A stretch of DNA of 40,000 bases from Bacillus licheniformis DSM 13 = ATCC 14580 (GTDB taxonomy: Bacteria; Bacillota; Bacilli; Bacillales; Bacillaceae): positions 1,319,902 through 1,359,901 of the forward strand of contig NC_006270.3 of NCBI RefSeq assembly GCF_000011645.1, read 5' to 3'. Shown piece after piece: positions 9,770 to 19,258 of the stretch. The translations under genes were made by a program, and so were the position numbers. Positions within the stretch are counted from its first letter, which is position 1, and every line of letters begins with the position of its first letter. The notes under the pieces are model-generated. The model made no database searches. It was not told the origin of the DNA and worked only from the letters and a program-made list of their open reading frames with translations.

Positions 9770-10210
9770 TTGAACGACGAAACGGGATCTGTCATGAATT
9801 TCTTTTATCAAGTCTTTCCTGTCGTCTGTTATGAAAAGGAAATACCCGACCACTTTCAAATACCGTCGCTGTATTTTCCTCCCCCTTCTGTTTTTGATGA
9901 GAATGATACGGTTTCAACATTTAAAAAAGTCTTCACCCTGAATGTGAAACTGTTTCACCACGATTCGCAGCAGGCCCATGATCATGCCGAGCGCATTGCA
10001 GACGCCGTAAGGGAAGCGAGGCACATCATACCGCTCATTGACCGATCGGGTAAAGGCACAGGGGACAGCTTGAGGATCAGCCGGATCGAGACGAGAATAG
10101 GGGATTCCGGCACCGCGTCCATTATTATTCAATGGAACAGCCGCTACTGGTACAAACGGGAAAGCGAACTTTCTCTGGAAACAATTGATTTTACAAACGG
10201 GGTGAAATAA
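9770..10210 (+). CDS. xkdJ: tail terminator/connector protein (XkdJ-like, 146 aa)
   Basis: TTG start 5 nt after AAGGAGGTG. 146 aa, the same size as I recall for XkdJ. Confidence 0.65.
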   Translation: MNDETGSVMNFFYQVFPVVCYEKEIPDHFQIPSLYFPPPSVFDENDTVSTFKKVFTLNVKLFHHDSQQAHDHAERIADAVREARHIIPLIDRSGKGTGDSLRISRIETRIGDSGTASIIIQWNSRYWYKRESELSLETIDFTNGVK

Positions 10211-10435
10211 TTGGCAGTCAGCAAAAAAACAAACACCGAAGCAAAAAAGGCGCCTCAAGAGGAACGTGAAGCGCTGTTCTACATCGAAGACCTGAGGGAG
10301 CACGCGAAAGAGCTTTTCGGCATTAAGCCGGAAGTTCTCGATGGTGCTCTTTTTCATGTGAAAGAAGAGCAGATTTCAAAACCTGAGGCAAGTCAGCTTA
10401 TTCAAACATTTTTAGCCAAGGAGGTCATGAATTAA
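10211..10435 (+). CDS. small YkzM/YqzN-like protein (74 aa)
   Basis: TTG start directly after the xkdJ stop. TAATG junction with the sheath gene. PBSX has a small ORF at this position. Confidence 0.5.
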   Translation: MAVSKKTNTEAKKAPQEEREALFYIEDLREHAKELFGIKPEVLDGALFHVKEEQISKPEASQLIQTFLAKEVMN

Positions 10436-11781
10436 TGAACGGCGGAACATTTACACCAGGCAAAGAAAAAGATCGTGCCGGCATTTATTTTAATTTTAAA
10501 ACGACAGCAGAGGAACGCGTTTCCATCGGGGATCGCGGTACAGTTGCCCTCCCTGTCGTCATGAGCTGGGGGGAGCCGAAAACATTCGTATCGATTTCCA
10601 GCATTGAAGACTTAAATAAAAAAGTAGGGTTGAACATCGATGATCCGTCTCTTCTGCTTTTCCGGGAAGCGAAGAAAAACGCACAGACCGTTTTGCTGTA
10701 CCGTCTGAACACAGGAGCGCCGGCGAAAGCCCAAATCGGCGAAACGCTGAGCGTAACGGCAAAATACGGAGGCGAGAAAGGGAACGACATTTCGATCCGC
10801 ATTTCCGAAAATGTGCTCGATTCTAAAAAGTTTGATGTCACCACCTTTGTCGGAACAGATGAAGCTGACCGACAAACCGTCAAAACGGCAGAAGAGCTTA
10901 CCGCAAATGCGTACGTCGCGTTTCAAGGGGAAGGCGCGCTTGAACTGACAGCGGGCACAAAGCTGTCAGGCGGGGAGAACGGAACGGCAAGCGTTGCCGA
11001 TTACACCGCATTTTTAGATGCTGCCGAAACGGAATACTTCAATACGATCGCACTCCCGGTCGCAGACAATGAACAGCTGAAAGCCACTTTTGCCGCTTTC
11101 ATCAAACGCCTTCGCGACAAGCAGGGCCAGAAAGTCCAAGGCGTTGTCGCCGATTATGCCGGAGACTATGAAGGCATTATTAATGTAACGGGAGGCGTCG
11201 TGCTGGAAGACGGCACTGAAATCACTCCTGAAAAAGCGACGGCATGGGTTGCCGGAGCGAGCGCAGGCGCGACTTTTAACCAGTCGCTGACATTTGTCGA
11301 ATACGAAGGTGCTGTTGATGTCCTGAACCGTCTGGATGAAGACCAGGTCATCGAACGTCTGAAAAAAGGCGAGTTTTTATTTACATTTGATGCACGCGAT
11401 CAATCGGTCAGCGTTGAAAAAGACATCAACTCTTTAACGAGTTTCACTGCCGACAAGAACAAAAAATTCTCGAAAAACAAAATCATCCGCGTTCTCGACG
11501 GAGTCAACAATGACCTGACCCGCGAGTTAAAGGCTTTAATCAAAGCACGAAAAGCAAGCGGCAGCGACATCCCTGCATCAGACGATGGTTTGCAATACGT
11601 CAAAACGCTGATCATTCAGTATATGACGGCGCTTCAGGAAGCCGGCGGCATTACCGGCTTTGATTCTGAAAGCGATATTGCCATTACACTGAATGAAGAC
11701 CGCGACGGGTTTTTAATCGATTTAGCCGTTCAGCCGGTTGATGCAGCAGAAAAATTCTACTTTAATGTGGAGGTAAAATAG
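10435..11781 (+). CDS. xkdK: contractile tail sheath protein
   Basis: 448 aa ORF immediately followed by a 147-aa tube gene. Classic sheath-tube-chaperone-tape measure order. Confidence 0.9.
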   Translation: MNGGTFTPGKEKDRAGIYFNFKTTAEERVSIGDRGTVALPVVMSWGEPKTFVSISSIEDLNKKVGLNIDDPSLLLFREAKKNAQTVLLYRLNTGAPAKAQIGETLSVTAKYGGEKGNDISIRISENVLDSKKFDVTTFVGTDEADRQTVKTAEELTANAYVAFQGEGALELTAGTKLSGGENGTASVADYTAFLDAAETEYFNTIALPVADNEQLKATFAAFIKRLRDKQGQKVQGVVADYAGDYEGIINVTGGVVLEDGTEITPEKATAWVAGASAGATFNQSLTFVEYEGAVDVLNRLDEDQVIERLKKGEFLFTFDARDQSVSVEKDINSLTSFTADKNKKFSKNKIIRVLDGVNNDLTRELKALIKARKASGSDIPASDDGLQYVKTLIIQYMTALQEAGGITGFDSESDIAITLNEDRDGFLIDLAVQPVDAAEKFYFNVEVK

Positions 11782-11782
11782 T

Positions 11783-12226
11783 ATGGCATTAAAAGCGCAA
11801 AACACGATTTCCGGAAAAGAAGGCCGTCTTTTTCTCGACGGACAAGAGATGGCTCACATCAAAACATTTGAGGCCAATGTCGAAAAGAATAAAGCTGAAG
11901 TCAATATTATGGGCCGCCGCATGACCGGCCACAAGACAACAGGGGCAAACGGCACGGGAACGGCGACATTTTATAAAGTCACGTCTCAATTTGTCACGTT
12001 AATGATGAACTATGTGAAAAAAGGCGATGATCCGTATTTCACGCTCCAGGCCGTCCTTGACGACCAGTCATCAGGCCGCGGAACGGAGCGGGTCACGCTG
12101 TATGACGTGAATTTTGACTCGGCCAAAATCGCCGGTCTTGACGTCGACTCAGAGGCGCTCGAAGAAGAAGTGCCGTTCACATTTGAAGATTTCGACGTTC
12201 CTGAAAAACTGAAAGATACGTTTTAA
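11783..12226 (+). CDS. xkdM: tail tube protein
   Basis: 147 aa (same as XkdM). Follows the sheath gene by 1 nt. Confidence 0.9.
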   Translation: MALKAQNTISGKEGRLFLDGQEMAHIKTFEANVEKNKAEVNIMGRRMTGHKTTGANGTGTATFYKVTSQFVTLMMNYVKKGDDPYFTLQAVLDDQSSGRGTERVTLYDVNFDSAKIAGLDVDSEALEEEVPFTFEDFDVPEKLKDTF

Positions 12227-12260
12227 AATAGGAGCCGTATACAACGAGCCCGCTTTTCAA

Positions 12261-12297
12261 AAATAGACCGCAACAGCCGGTCTATTTCTTCTTTTTT
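12261..12297 (+). terminator. intrinsic terminator T1 after the tube gene
   Basis: Perfect 10-bp stem AAATAGACCG (12261-12270) / CGGTCTATTT (12278-12287), loop CAACAGC, then CTTCTTTTTT. Confidence 0.6.
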
Positions 12298-12338
12298 ACG
12301 GAAGGAACCGATTCAGTAGTCAGGAAATAGGAAGCAAA

Positions 12339-12368
12339 GCACTCTCGCCAAGCCGAGGGTGCTTTTTC
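12339..12368 (+). terminator. intrinsic terminator T2 upstream of xkdN
   Basis: Stem GCACTCTCG (12339-12347) / CGAGGGTGC (12354-12362) with one T-G wobble, loop CCAAGC, followed by TTTTTC. Confidence 0.55.
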
Positions 12369-12408
12369 ATTGCAAATCCAAAATTGAATGTTAAAGGAGC
12401 AAGCAGAC

Positions 12409-12858
12409 ATGAGCGAAAAACAAGAAGAAAAAGTATATGATTTATCCTTTTTTATGCCGGGACAAACCGTTGAAGCCGAAGAAATCAAAGTGCCGATCTC
12501 AAAGCGGTTCGTCGATAAAAAGGGCAATGTCATTCCGTTTGTGTTTAAGCCGATTACAACCGAGCGCATTGACGAGCTTGAAAAAGAAAATACGACTTAT
12601 AAAAACATTAAAGGCAGAGGCCGTGTCAAGGATCTAGACACCCAGCGCTTTTACGCCAGAATCGCCATTGAATCGACGATCTACCCTGACTTCCGTTCAA
12701 AGGAATTAAGAGAAGCCTATAAAACGGCCGACCCGGTCGAAGTGGCCAAACGCGTTCTCTCCGTCGGTGGGGAATATGCGAACTGGCTCAACAAAGCGAT
12801 TGAAATCAACGGCTTTGAAGACGATCTTGAAGATCTGGAAGAAGAAGCAAAAAACTAA
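12409..12858 (+). CDS. xkdN: tail assembly chaperone (XkdN-like)
   Basis: ATG at 12409 after AAAGGAG. 149 aa with an acidic C-terminus. Lies between the tube and tape-measure genes. Confidence 0.8.
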   Translation: MSEKQEEKVYDLSFFMPGQTVEAEEIKVPISKRFVDKKGNVIPFVFKPITTERIDELEKENTTYKNIKGRGRVKDLDTQRFYARIAIESTIYPDFRSKELREAYKTADPVEVAKRVLSVGGEYANWLNKAIEINGFEDDLEDLEEEAKN

Positions 12859-13037
12859 TTAAGGATGGGAATAAAGAAGCGGTGTATCTCTATTTCGCGA
12901 TGCACGAACTTCACTATTCTCCATCCCAGCTCCGGGAGCTGTACGAAGCCCCAAAACCGTTTAAGGCATTATTATACGGACTCATCAGCTACAAACTTCA
13001 ACTCTTGGAAAAAGAAGCGCGGAAAGGAGGTACATAA
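12855..13037 (+). CDS. -1 frame extension of xkdN (chaperone frameshift product; or a 45-aa XkzB-like ORF from ATG 12900)
   Basis: Slippery A_AAA_AAC at 12849-12855, directly before the xkdN stop. The -1 frame is open to TAA 13035-13037 and reads LIKDGNKEAVYLYFAMHELHYSPSQLRELYEAPKPFKALLYGLISYKLQLLEKEARKGGT. Confidence 0.5.
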   Translation, partial: LIKDGNKEAVYLYFAMHELHYSPSQLRELYEAPKPFKALLYGLISYKLQLLEKEARKGGT

Positions 13038-13040
13038 TCC

Positions 13041-16000
13041 ATGGCAAAACTGACGGCACGTTTTGAACTTGAAGACCGGGTGTCTAAGAAGCTGCGGAGG
13101 ATTCAGAAGGGTTTTGCGATTTTAGAAAAGAGAGCAGAACGATTGAACCGGCAAATCAAAATTAACATTAAAACGGAAGATCAAGCTTTTTTTCGGCTTA
13201 AAAAACTGAACAATTACCTGATGAGAAAGTTCATTCACTCCGTAAATATTGGAGTGAATATAAATGACCAGGCATCCGCTCAACTAATAGAAATACAAAG
13301 AAGATTAAAAAGAATTCCGCCAGAAACAACCGTTAAGTTAACTTTAGCAGACAATGTCTCGCAAAAGTTAACTAAAATTAAAAGGATGCTCTCTAAGCGT
13401 GAATATTTCTTATCAATCTCTGCTGAAGACCGTGTAACATTAACTGTTAAAAAAATAATCGGCTATCTTAAAAACAATTTGAAAAAAGGTTATTCAGTTC
13501 AGTTATATGTACTTGATAAAGTAACGAAAACAGCAAGCAGAATTGCCTCGCTCCTAAAAAAACTAGAGAAAACGTACATTGTCACAATTGATTTAAACGA
13601 CAAGGCGACCAACAAAATCAAAAACAAAAAAGTTTCAGGAGAAACATCAGAAGTCAAACACGATAAAAAGGGATCTTTCTTTGAACAAGGAAAAGACTTG
13701 TTAGGCGAATGGTGGAAAAAGTCAGGATGGCCTTGGATAAAGGATACTGGGAAGGAAATTGGCAAAGCATTTGTAGATCGATTTAAAGATAGACTGATGG
13801 AAAAATTGAACAATGATATTTTTGACAAAGTCATTGATAAAATCTTAGGGCCTCAGTCAACAAAAGGTTCTCAGTCAAAATCAAGCGGACCAGGCCATGG
13901 ACAATGCTGCTGCTGTTTATATCCGCAGAAAGATCCTCCGAATTCAGCCGGAAATAGGCAAAATGTCTCTGTTTCAGGTTCAAGTGAAGAGCATAAAGGC
14001 TGGAATCTAAAAAGCTTATCAAGGGGAATTCTTCCAGCCGCAAAGATACTCTTCTATTTAAAAAGTTTAAGGCCCAACAAAGAGCCCGGTAAACTTGCAA
14101 AATTATTAGAGCCCTTAAAACCAATGATTGAAAAATTAAAGCCGCTAGGTAAAAAACTAAGTCCGCTAGGCAAACTTTTGCCGCTTACAGATCTAATCGG
14201 CATCAACAAAGATAACGCAGGCGAAAAAATTGGTTCTGTAGGCGGCCGTATGTTAGGAACTTTTGGTGGAGAAGCTGCCGGAATGGCGATCGGAGGATTG
14301 GTTGGAGGACCTCCGGGTGCAATGATTGGAGGAGTAGTGGGCGGCTTTGCAGGCGGGATGGGCGGTGAAAAGGCAGGCGGTTCCCTCGGTAAAATGTTTG
14401 ACACTTCCCAATTGAAGGAAGATCTCATGAACACGCTGTTTAATGGAGACTGGTGGAGCGAACAGTGGGATTCCCTTAGTCAAACCGCTACAAATACATT
14501 TTTAAATGGAGACTGGTGGGGAGAAAAATGGGGATCTCTTAAAGAAACAGCCACAAATACGTTTTTAAACGGAAACTGGTGGGCTGAACAAGCCGGCTAT
14601 CTTTATGGTACTTTGGAAGCTGCATTTTTAGGGCCGTTAAGTAATGTTTGGGGAACCATTGCAGGAACGATCAGCGAGACGATTTTTAACGGAGACTGGT
14701 GGAGCGAAAAATGGAACAATGCAGTAACATGGGCGCAGAATACGTGGGACGGAGCTGTCTCTGTTTGGGAATCCATTACAGGAACCATTAAAGACACCGT
14801 TTTTAATGGAGACTGGTGGAGCGAAAAATGGAACAATGCAGTAACATGGGCGCAGAATACGTGGGACGGAGCCGTCTCTGTTTGGGAATCCATTACAGGA
14901 ACCATTAAAGACACCGTTTTTAATGGAGACTGGTGGGGTGAACAATGGGACAACGCAGTGACATGGGCGCAGAATGCGTGGGACGGAGCCGTCTCTGTTT
15001 GGGAATCCATTACAGGAACCATTAAAGACACTGTTTTCAATGGAGACTGGTGGTCTAACCAATGGAATAGCGCTTTGGAAAGGGGCAAGAGTATTTTCGA
15101 AGGCGCGAAAAGCTGGGTCGGAGAAAAAGTTGAATATTTTCAGAAAGGTCGGGAAAGAGCCCATAAGGATCATGGATTTGAAGGCTATGCCACAGGCGGC
15201 TACATCACAAAACCGACCATCTCCTGGATCGGTGAAGCCGGAAATGAATTCGTCATCCCTACGGAAAACAACCGGGGACGCGGGAAGATGCTGCTTGCCC
15301 AGGCCGCTACCAAGCTCGGCATGCGCGTTGTTGACGACATGGGGGCCGCGGCGGGAGACGGGGGAGCTTCTTCTCCGGTTTCAAGCACCGCTTCGTATTC
15401 GGCTTCTGTGTCGCCTGCTGTCGGTGTCGGGAGTATAGCAGCAGAGGCGCAGGCTTTCGGCCGGGAATTCACCGGCGGTTTTGACAAGGGGATCGGCTCA
15501 AACGCTCCTTCCCTTGATCAATGGAAGCAAAAAAACATCAGCAAGCCGTTTAGCAGCCTGCCGGCAGAATCGTCTAACTACGGAAAACAGACGGTTGCCG
15601 GGTTCGCTTCCGGGCAAAATGCTTCCGCGACCGGAACCGGCGGTTTTCTTCAAGCAAAAGTAAATGCGCCTTATCAAACAACGGTGAAAACGTCCTCTTC
15701 CTGGGGTGCAAATACAGTCAAAAACTTTGCAACCGGGCAAAATGCAACACCGACCGGGACGTCGCAGTATGTTGATAAAAATATCAACAAGCCGTTCCTT
15801 GATTCGAAACAGTCGGCTGCAGGCTGGGGGTCAGGAATGGTCGGACACTTTATCAGCGGCATGAATGGAAAAGGCAGCGAAGTTTCTCAAGCTGCAAAAA
15901 ACTTGGCGAAAAAAGTTGAAAAAGCGTTCCGCGAAGAACTAGATATTCATTCTCCGTCCCGGGTTATGATGAGTCTCGGGCGTTTCGCGTCGGTCGGGAT

Positions 16001-16823
16001 TGTCAAAGGTTTAAGCTCTGTCGATGTCAAAAGTTTTGCGGAAAAACAAGCAGGCTCACTGGCAGCTGCGTTTTCCGGAATCGGAGCCGTCGGCGGAAAT
16101 GTAAAGTCGTGGCTGATGCAGGCGATCATGGCTACCGGTTCGCCGGTGTCGTGGCTTCAGCCGCTTTCTGTTATTGCTCAAAAGGAATCCGGCGGAAATC
16201 CGCGCGCCTATAACGGCTGGGACATTAACGCCAAGCGGGGGGACCCGAGCAGAGGCTTGATGCAGACGATCGGCCAAACGTTTAATGCTTACAAAGGAAA
16301 AGGAATGAATGATATTTTCAATCCTGTTCACAACGCGGTAGCGGCCATCAACTACATCAAATCGCGATACGGGTCGCCATTTAACACTCCGGGGATTAAA
16401 AGCATGGCAAGAGGCGGAGCTTATAAAGGCTATGCCAACGGCGGCCTGATTACGAGCGAGCAGATCGCCCGCGTGGGTGAAGGCGGCAAACGCGAATGGA
16501 TCATTCCCGAAGAACGCGGCATCCGCGGCAGATATCTGCTTCAGCGGGCTGCAGGCGCGCTCGGGATGGAAGTGCAAGACCCCGCTGAAGGGTCCGGTTC
16601 CATATCAAGTGCTCAGGCGGCTGCAGCCACCACGGGCGGGACCCGATCCCGGCAGCCTGCTGAAAATGGCGCCAAAGAAGTCAACATCTATATTACCGGG
16701 GACAATCATTACCACAGTGAGCGCGACCAGGAAACATTGATTGCGAAAATCAAGCGCGCTCTTGTCGATGAGCTTGAACGGGATATTCATATTGGGACGA
16801 AAGGAAGCGTAGCTTATGACTAA
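13041..16823 (+). CDS. xkdO: tail tape measure protein with C-terminal lytic transglycosylase domain
   Basis: 1260 aa. Gly-rich hydrophobic core ([25 protein letters not shown]). GDWW tandem repeats. SLT-like motif [16 protein letters not shown]...GLMQT. Position after the chaperone. Confidence 0.9.
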   Translation: MAKLTARFELEDRVSKKLRRIQKGFAILEKRAERLNRQIKINIKTEDQAFFRLKKLNNYLMRKFIHSVNIGVNINDQASAQLIEIQRRLKRIPPETTVKLTLADNVSQKLTKIKRMLSKREYFLSISAEDRVTLTVKKIIGYLKNNLKKGYSVQLYVLDKVTKTASRIASLLKKLEKTYIVTIDLNDKATNKIKNKKVSGETSEVKHDKKGSFFEQGKDLLGEWWKKSGWPWIKDTGKEIGKAFVDRFKDRLMEKLNNDIFDKVIDKILGPQSTKGSQSKSSGPGHGQCCCCLYPQKDPPNSAGNRQNVSVSGSSEEHKGWNLKSLSRGILPAAKILFYLKSLRPNKEPGKLAKLLEPLKPMIEKLKPLGKKLSPLGKLLPLTDLIGINKDNAGEKIGSVGGRMLGTFGGEAAGMAIGGLVGGPPGAMIGGVVGGFAGGMGGEKAGGSLGKMFDTSQLKEDLMNTLFNGDWWSEQWDSLSQTATNTFLNGDWWGEKWGSLKETATNTFLNGNWWAEQAGYLYGTLEAAFLGPLSNVWGTIAGTISETIFNGDWWSEKWNNAVTWAQNTWDGAVSVWESITGTIKDTVFNGDWWSEKWNNAVTWAQNTWDGAVSVWESITGTIKDTVFNGDWWGEQWDNAVTWAQNAWDGAVSVWESITGTIKDTVFNGDWWSNQWNSALERGKSIFEGAKSWVGEKVEYFQKGRERAHKDHGFEGYATGGYITKPTISWIGEAGNEFVIPTENNRGRGKMLLAQAATKLGMRVVDDMGAAAGDGGASSPVSSTASYSASVSPAVGVGSIAAEAQAFGREFTGGFDKGIGSNAPSLDQWKQKNISKPFSSLPAESSNYGKQTVAGFASGQNASATGTGGFLQAKVNAPYQTTVKTSSSWGANTVKNFATGQNATPTGTSQYVDKNINKPFLDSKQSAAGWGSGMVGHFISGMNGKGSEVSQAAKNLAKKVEKAFREELDIHSPSRVMMSLGRFASVGIVKGLSSVDVKSFAEKQAGSLAAAFSGIGAVGGNVKSWLMQAIMATGSPVSWLQPLSVIAQKESGGNPRAYNGWDINAKRGDPSRGLMQTIGQTFNAYKGKGMNDIFNPVHNAVAAINYIKSRYGSPFNTPGIKSMARGGAYKGYANGGLITSEQIARVGEGGKREWIIPEERGIRGRYLLQRAAGALGMEVQDPAEGSGSISSAQAAAATTGGTRSRQPAENGAKEVNIYITGDNHYHSERDQETLIAKIKRALVDELERDIHIGTKGSVAYD
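14691..15041 (+). repeat. three in-frame tandem 117-bp (39-aa) repeats inside xkdO
   Basis: GGAGACTGGTGG recurs at 14691, 14808, 14925 and 15042. Copies 1 and 2 differ at one nucleotide (GCT/GCC). Copy 3 has several substitutions. Flanked by degenerate 60-bp GDWW units from about 14430. Confidence 0.95.
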
Positions 16824-17472
16824 ATCCGTGTACGAATTTTGGCTGACGCAAGGAAAGGAAAAGCTGCGCCTCCCTGTGCTTCCAGAGCAGCTTGACGTCA
16901 GCAATAATCTTGCGAACGAATCTGTAAAGGTGTCAAAGTTCGGCGAGGTGACGTTTATCAATGAACCGGGAGCGAAGACGATTTCATTTTCGTCTCATTT
17001 TCCGAAAAAGTATTCTCCGCTCTCGGAATACAAAGGGTTTCTTTCGCCGGAGAACGCGATTCTTAAAATCGAGAAATGGATGAAAGCAAAAAAACCGGTT
17101 CAATTTCTCGTGACGGGAACGAAGATCAATTTCACATGCAGCATTGAAAACTTTTCGCATCGCGAGGGTGAAAAGGATATCGGCGACCGGGATTTTGATC
17201 TCACATTGAAAGAGTACCAAACAGCATCACCCCGGAAGATTAAACAAAAAAAGAAAACGAAGAAAAAACGGCCGTCCAAACTGGCTCCAAAAATGTACAC
17301 CGTCAAAAAAGGCGATACGCTCTGGCACATCGCAGGCCGTTTTTACGGAAACAGCCAGGAATGGCGGAAAATTTGGAATGCGAACAAGCAGGCGATGATC
17401 AAACGAAGCAAGCGAAACATCAAACAGCCGGGACATTGGATTTTTCCGGGGCAAAAGCTGAAAATACCATAA
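16816..17472 (+). CDS. xkdP: LysM-domain tail protein
   Basis: C-terminal LysM ([30 protein letters not shown]). ATG overlaps the end of xkdO. Confidence 0.85.
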   Translation: MTKSVYEFWLTQGKEKLRLPVLPEQLDVSNNLANESVKVSKFGEVTFINEPGAKTISFSSHFPKKYSPLSEYKGFLSPENAILKIEKWMKAKKPVQFLVTGTKINFTCSIENFSHREGEKDIGDRDFDLTLKEYQTASPRKIKQKKKTKKKRPSKLAPKMYTVKKGDTLWHIAGRFYGNSQEWRKIWNANKQAMIKRSKRNIKQPGHWIFPGQKLKIP

Positions 17473-17476
17473 AACG

Positions 17477-17502
17477 AAGCGCCGGATGAACCGGCGTTTT
17501 TC
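17477..17502 (+). terminator. terminator-like hairpin between xkdP and xkdQ
   Basis: AAGCGCCGG (17477-17485) / loop ATGAA / CCGGCGTTT (17491-17499) with one G-T wobble, running into TTTTTCT. Confidence 0.45.
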
Positions 17503-17528
17503 TGGTAAATCAAAAGCAGGGGATAGCG

Positions 17529-18509
17529 ATGATCGAATTATTTGTCATAAAAGAAAGCGAATGGTATGAACTTGTCACCGAAAGCGTCACATTGGAAGGA
17601 GAAAGGTACCAGGCGCCTCGTTCGATCGAAGCGTCGATTGTGATCAAGCAGGGAAGCCACAAATATTACAGCGTGCAGGAAGGCGATACCGTTTTATTTA
17701 AATGGAAAGGAAAAGAACTGTTTCGCGGAATTGTGTTCAGCAGGGTGCCGAAAGAATATACGCTTACGTTTAAAGCGTACGACATGCTTCAGTACTTGGT
17801 GAAAAACCAGGATGTCTATGTATTCTCGAACAAAACGGCCGCTGACATTGTCAAACGAATTGCGAACGACTTTCAAATTCCCAAAGGTTCGATTGCAAAC
17901 ACCGGACATACGATTAAATCGCTCGTCTTTAAAGACAATACGAGCCTGTATGACATTATTTTAAAAGCGCTGCGGGAGACAAAAAAGCAAACCGGAAAAA
18001 ACTATCAGCTGTATGCCGAAAAAGGAAAGCTGTGTTTACGAGCGTGGCCCGAACCGGAGGATATCTGGGTTTTGGAAACGGGTGTGAACATTACGGATTA
18101 CGCTTACAGCACGTCAATCGATGAAACGGCAACCCGGGTGAAACTGAGAAAGCAGAAAGATAACAAAACCTATACCGCATCCGCAAGCGATGAAGCCGGT
18201 ATGAAAAGATTCGGCGTTCTCCAGTACACAGAAACGGTTTCGGATGATATTAACGAGGCGCAGCTCCGCGACCGGGCGAAGAAGATACAGGCTGAAAAGA
18301 AAGGCGTCAAAAAAGAGCTGAAAAGCATACAGGCAATCGGCATACCGGAAGTTCAAAGCGGACTGCCGGTTTATATATCGATTCCGGAAGCGGGCATTAA
18401 AGAAACCTATTGGGTTGATAAGGATAAACACGATTTTACAGGAACAAAACATGTGATGACGATTGATGTCGTCGCTAAAAACACCATACCTGAAGGAGCG
18501 TCTTCATGA
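17529..18509 (+). CDS. xkdQ: baseplate hub-like protein (XkdQ)
   Basis: 326 aa, with size and order as in PBSX (P2 gpD-like position). Confidence 0.8.
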   Translation: MIELFVIKESEWYELVTESVTLEGERYQAPRSIEASIVIKQGSHKYYSVQEGDTVLFKWKGKELFRGIVFSRVPKEYTLTFKAYDMLQYLVKNQDVYVFSNKTAADIVKRIANDFQIPKGSIANTGHTIKSLVFKDNTSLYDIILKALRETKKQTGKNYQLYAEKGKLCLRAWPEPEDIWVLETGVNITDYAYSTSIDETATRVKLRKQKDNKTYTASASDEAGMKRFGVLQYTETVSDDINEAQLRDRAKKIQAEKKGVKKELKSIQAIGIPEVQSGLPVYISIPEAGIKETYWVDKDKHDFTGTKHVMTIDVVAKNTIPEGASS

Positions 18510-18814
18510 AATTAAGCGATGCGATAAAAGAGCTGGCTCTTGGAGCCGTAAACGCTGAATCGCCTGTCGATGTCATGCCGGCTGAAGTCGTGTCCGCGTC
18601 TCCGCTCAAGCTGAAGCTCCGCAATCATGATAAATTGGTGATCCCCTCCGACTTATTGGTGGTGGCCAGGCATTTGACAGAGCATACGGAACAGATCCGA
18701 ATTGACGGAGAAGACAAAACGATTCGCTTTTACAATCAATTGCATGCCGGCGACCACGTGATGATTGCGGCTATGCCTGGAGGGCAGTCTTTTTTTGTAA
18801 TAGACAGAGTGTAG
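18506..18814 (+). CDS. xkdR: small baseplate protein (XkdR; P2 gpV-like position)
   Basis: 102 aa. ATGA-coupled to xkdQ. Confidence 0.7.
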   Translation: MKLSDAIKELALGAVNAESPVDVMPAEVVSASPLKLKLRNHDKLVIPSDLLVVARHLTEHTEQIRIDGEDKTIRFYNQLHAGDHVMIAAMPGGQSFFVIDRV

Positions 18815-18832
18815 GAGTAGGAGGTGGCTCGG

Positions 18833-19258
18833 ATGGCTCTTTCGCCGGAAGTATCTTTTGAAGATATCGAGGATGACAGCGATGTGATTGAGACTTCAAA
18901 AACGTACAAAATTGATTTTGAAACAGGCAGGATGACGGGTGATATGATTTCGGGGCTGGAAGCCGTGGAACAAATGGTTTGTATGGCGCTGAGAACCGAG
19001 CGCTACGCATACGCCGTTTACAGCCATAATATCGGAAATGAACTGCAGGAGGTTCTTTCAGATCATGAAACGACCGACGCTTATAAAGAAATGGAGATAC
19101 CGAGATTGATCGAGGAAGCCCTCATATACGATGACCGAATTTCGGCGGTGACCGACTTCGAGATTGAGCGTCAAGGCGATGCCTTCCACGTGTCCTTTTC
19201 GGTTGAAACCGATGAAGGGACATTGGAAATCGAGGAGGTGATTGGGGAAGATGTTTGA
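18833..19258 (+). CDS. xkdS: baseplate wedge protein (XkdS; P2 gpW/T4 gp25-like position)
   Basis: ATG at 18833, 8 nt after GTAGGAGG. The ORF-track GTG at 18824 lies inside the RBS. Confidence 0.75.
   Translation: MALSPEVSFEDIEDDSDVIETSKTYKIDFETGRMTGDMISGLEAVEQMVCMALRTERYAYAVYSHNIGNELQEVLSDHETTDAYKEMEIPRLIEEALIYDDRISAVTDFEIERQGDAFHVSFSVETDEGTLEIEEVIGEDV

Noticed and set aside
12865-13053. 62-aa ORF from the track between xkdN and xkdO
   Set aside because: The peptide looks random (Cys/Ser/Thr-rich) and runs into the xkdO start. The other frame (-1 relative to xkdN) gives a protein-like sequence and is linked to a slippery site.
14691-15041. Possibility that the 117-bp repeats are a CRISPR-like or other non-coding array
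   Set aside because: The repeats are directly adjacent with no spacers. They are in frame and encode a conserved Trp-rich peptide inside the tape measure.
14603-15173. Two long minus-strand ORFs (161 and 178 aa) with internally repeated peptides
   Set aside because: They are antisense to xkdO. Their length and repetitiveness come from the 117-bp tandem repeats lacking stop codons on the opposite strand.
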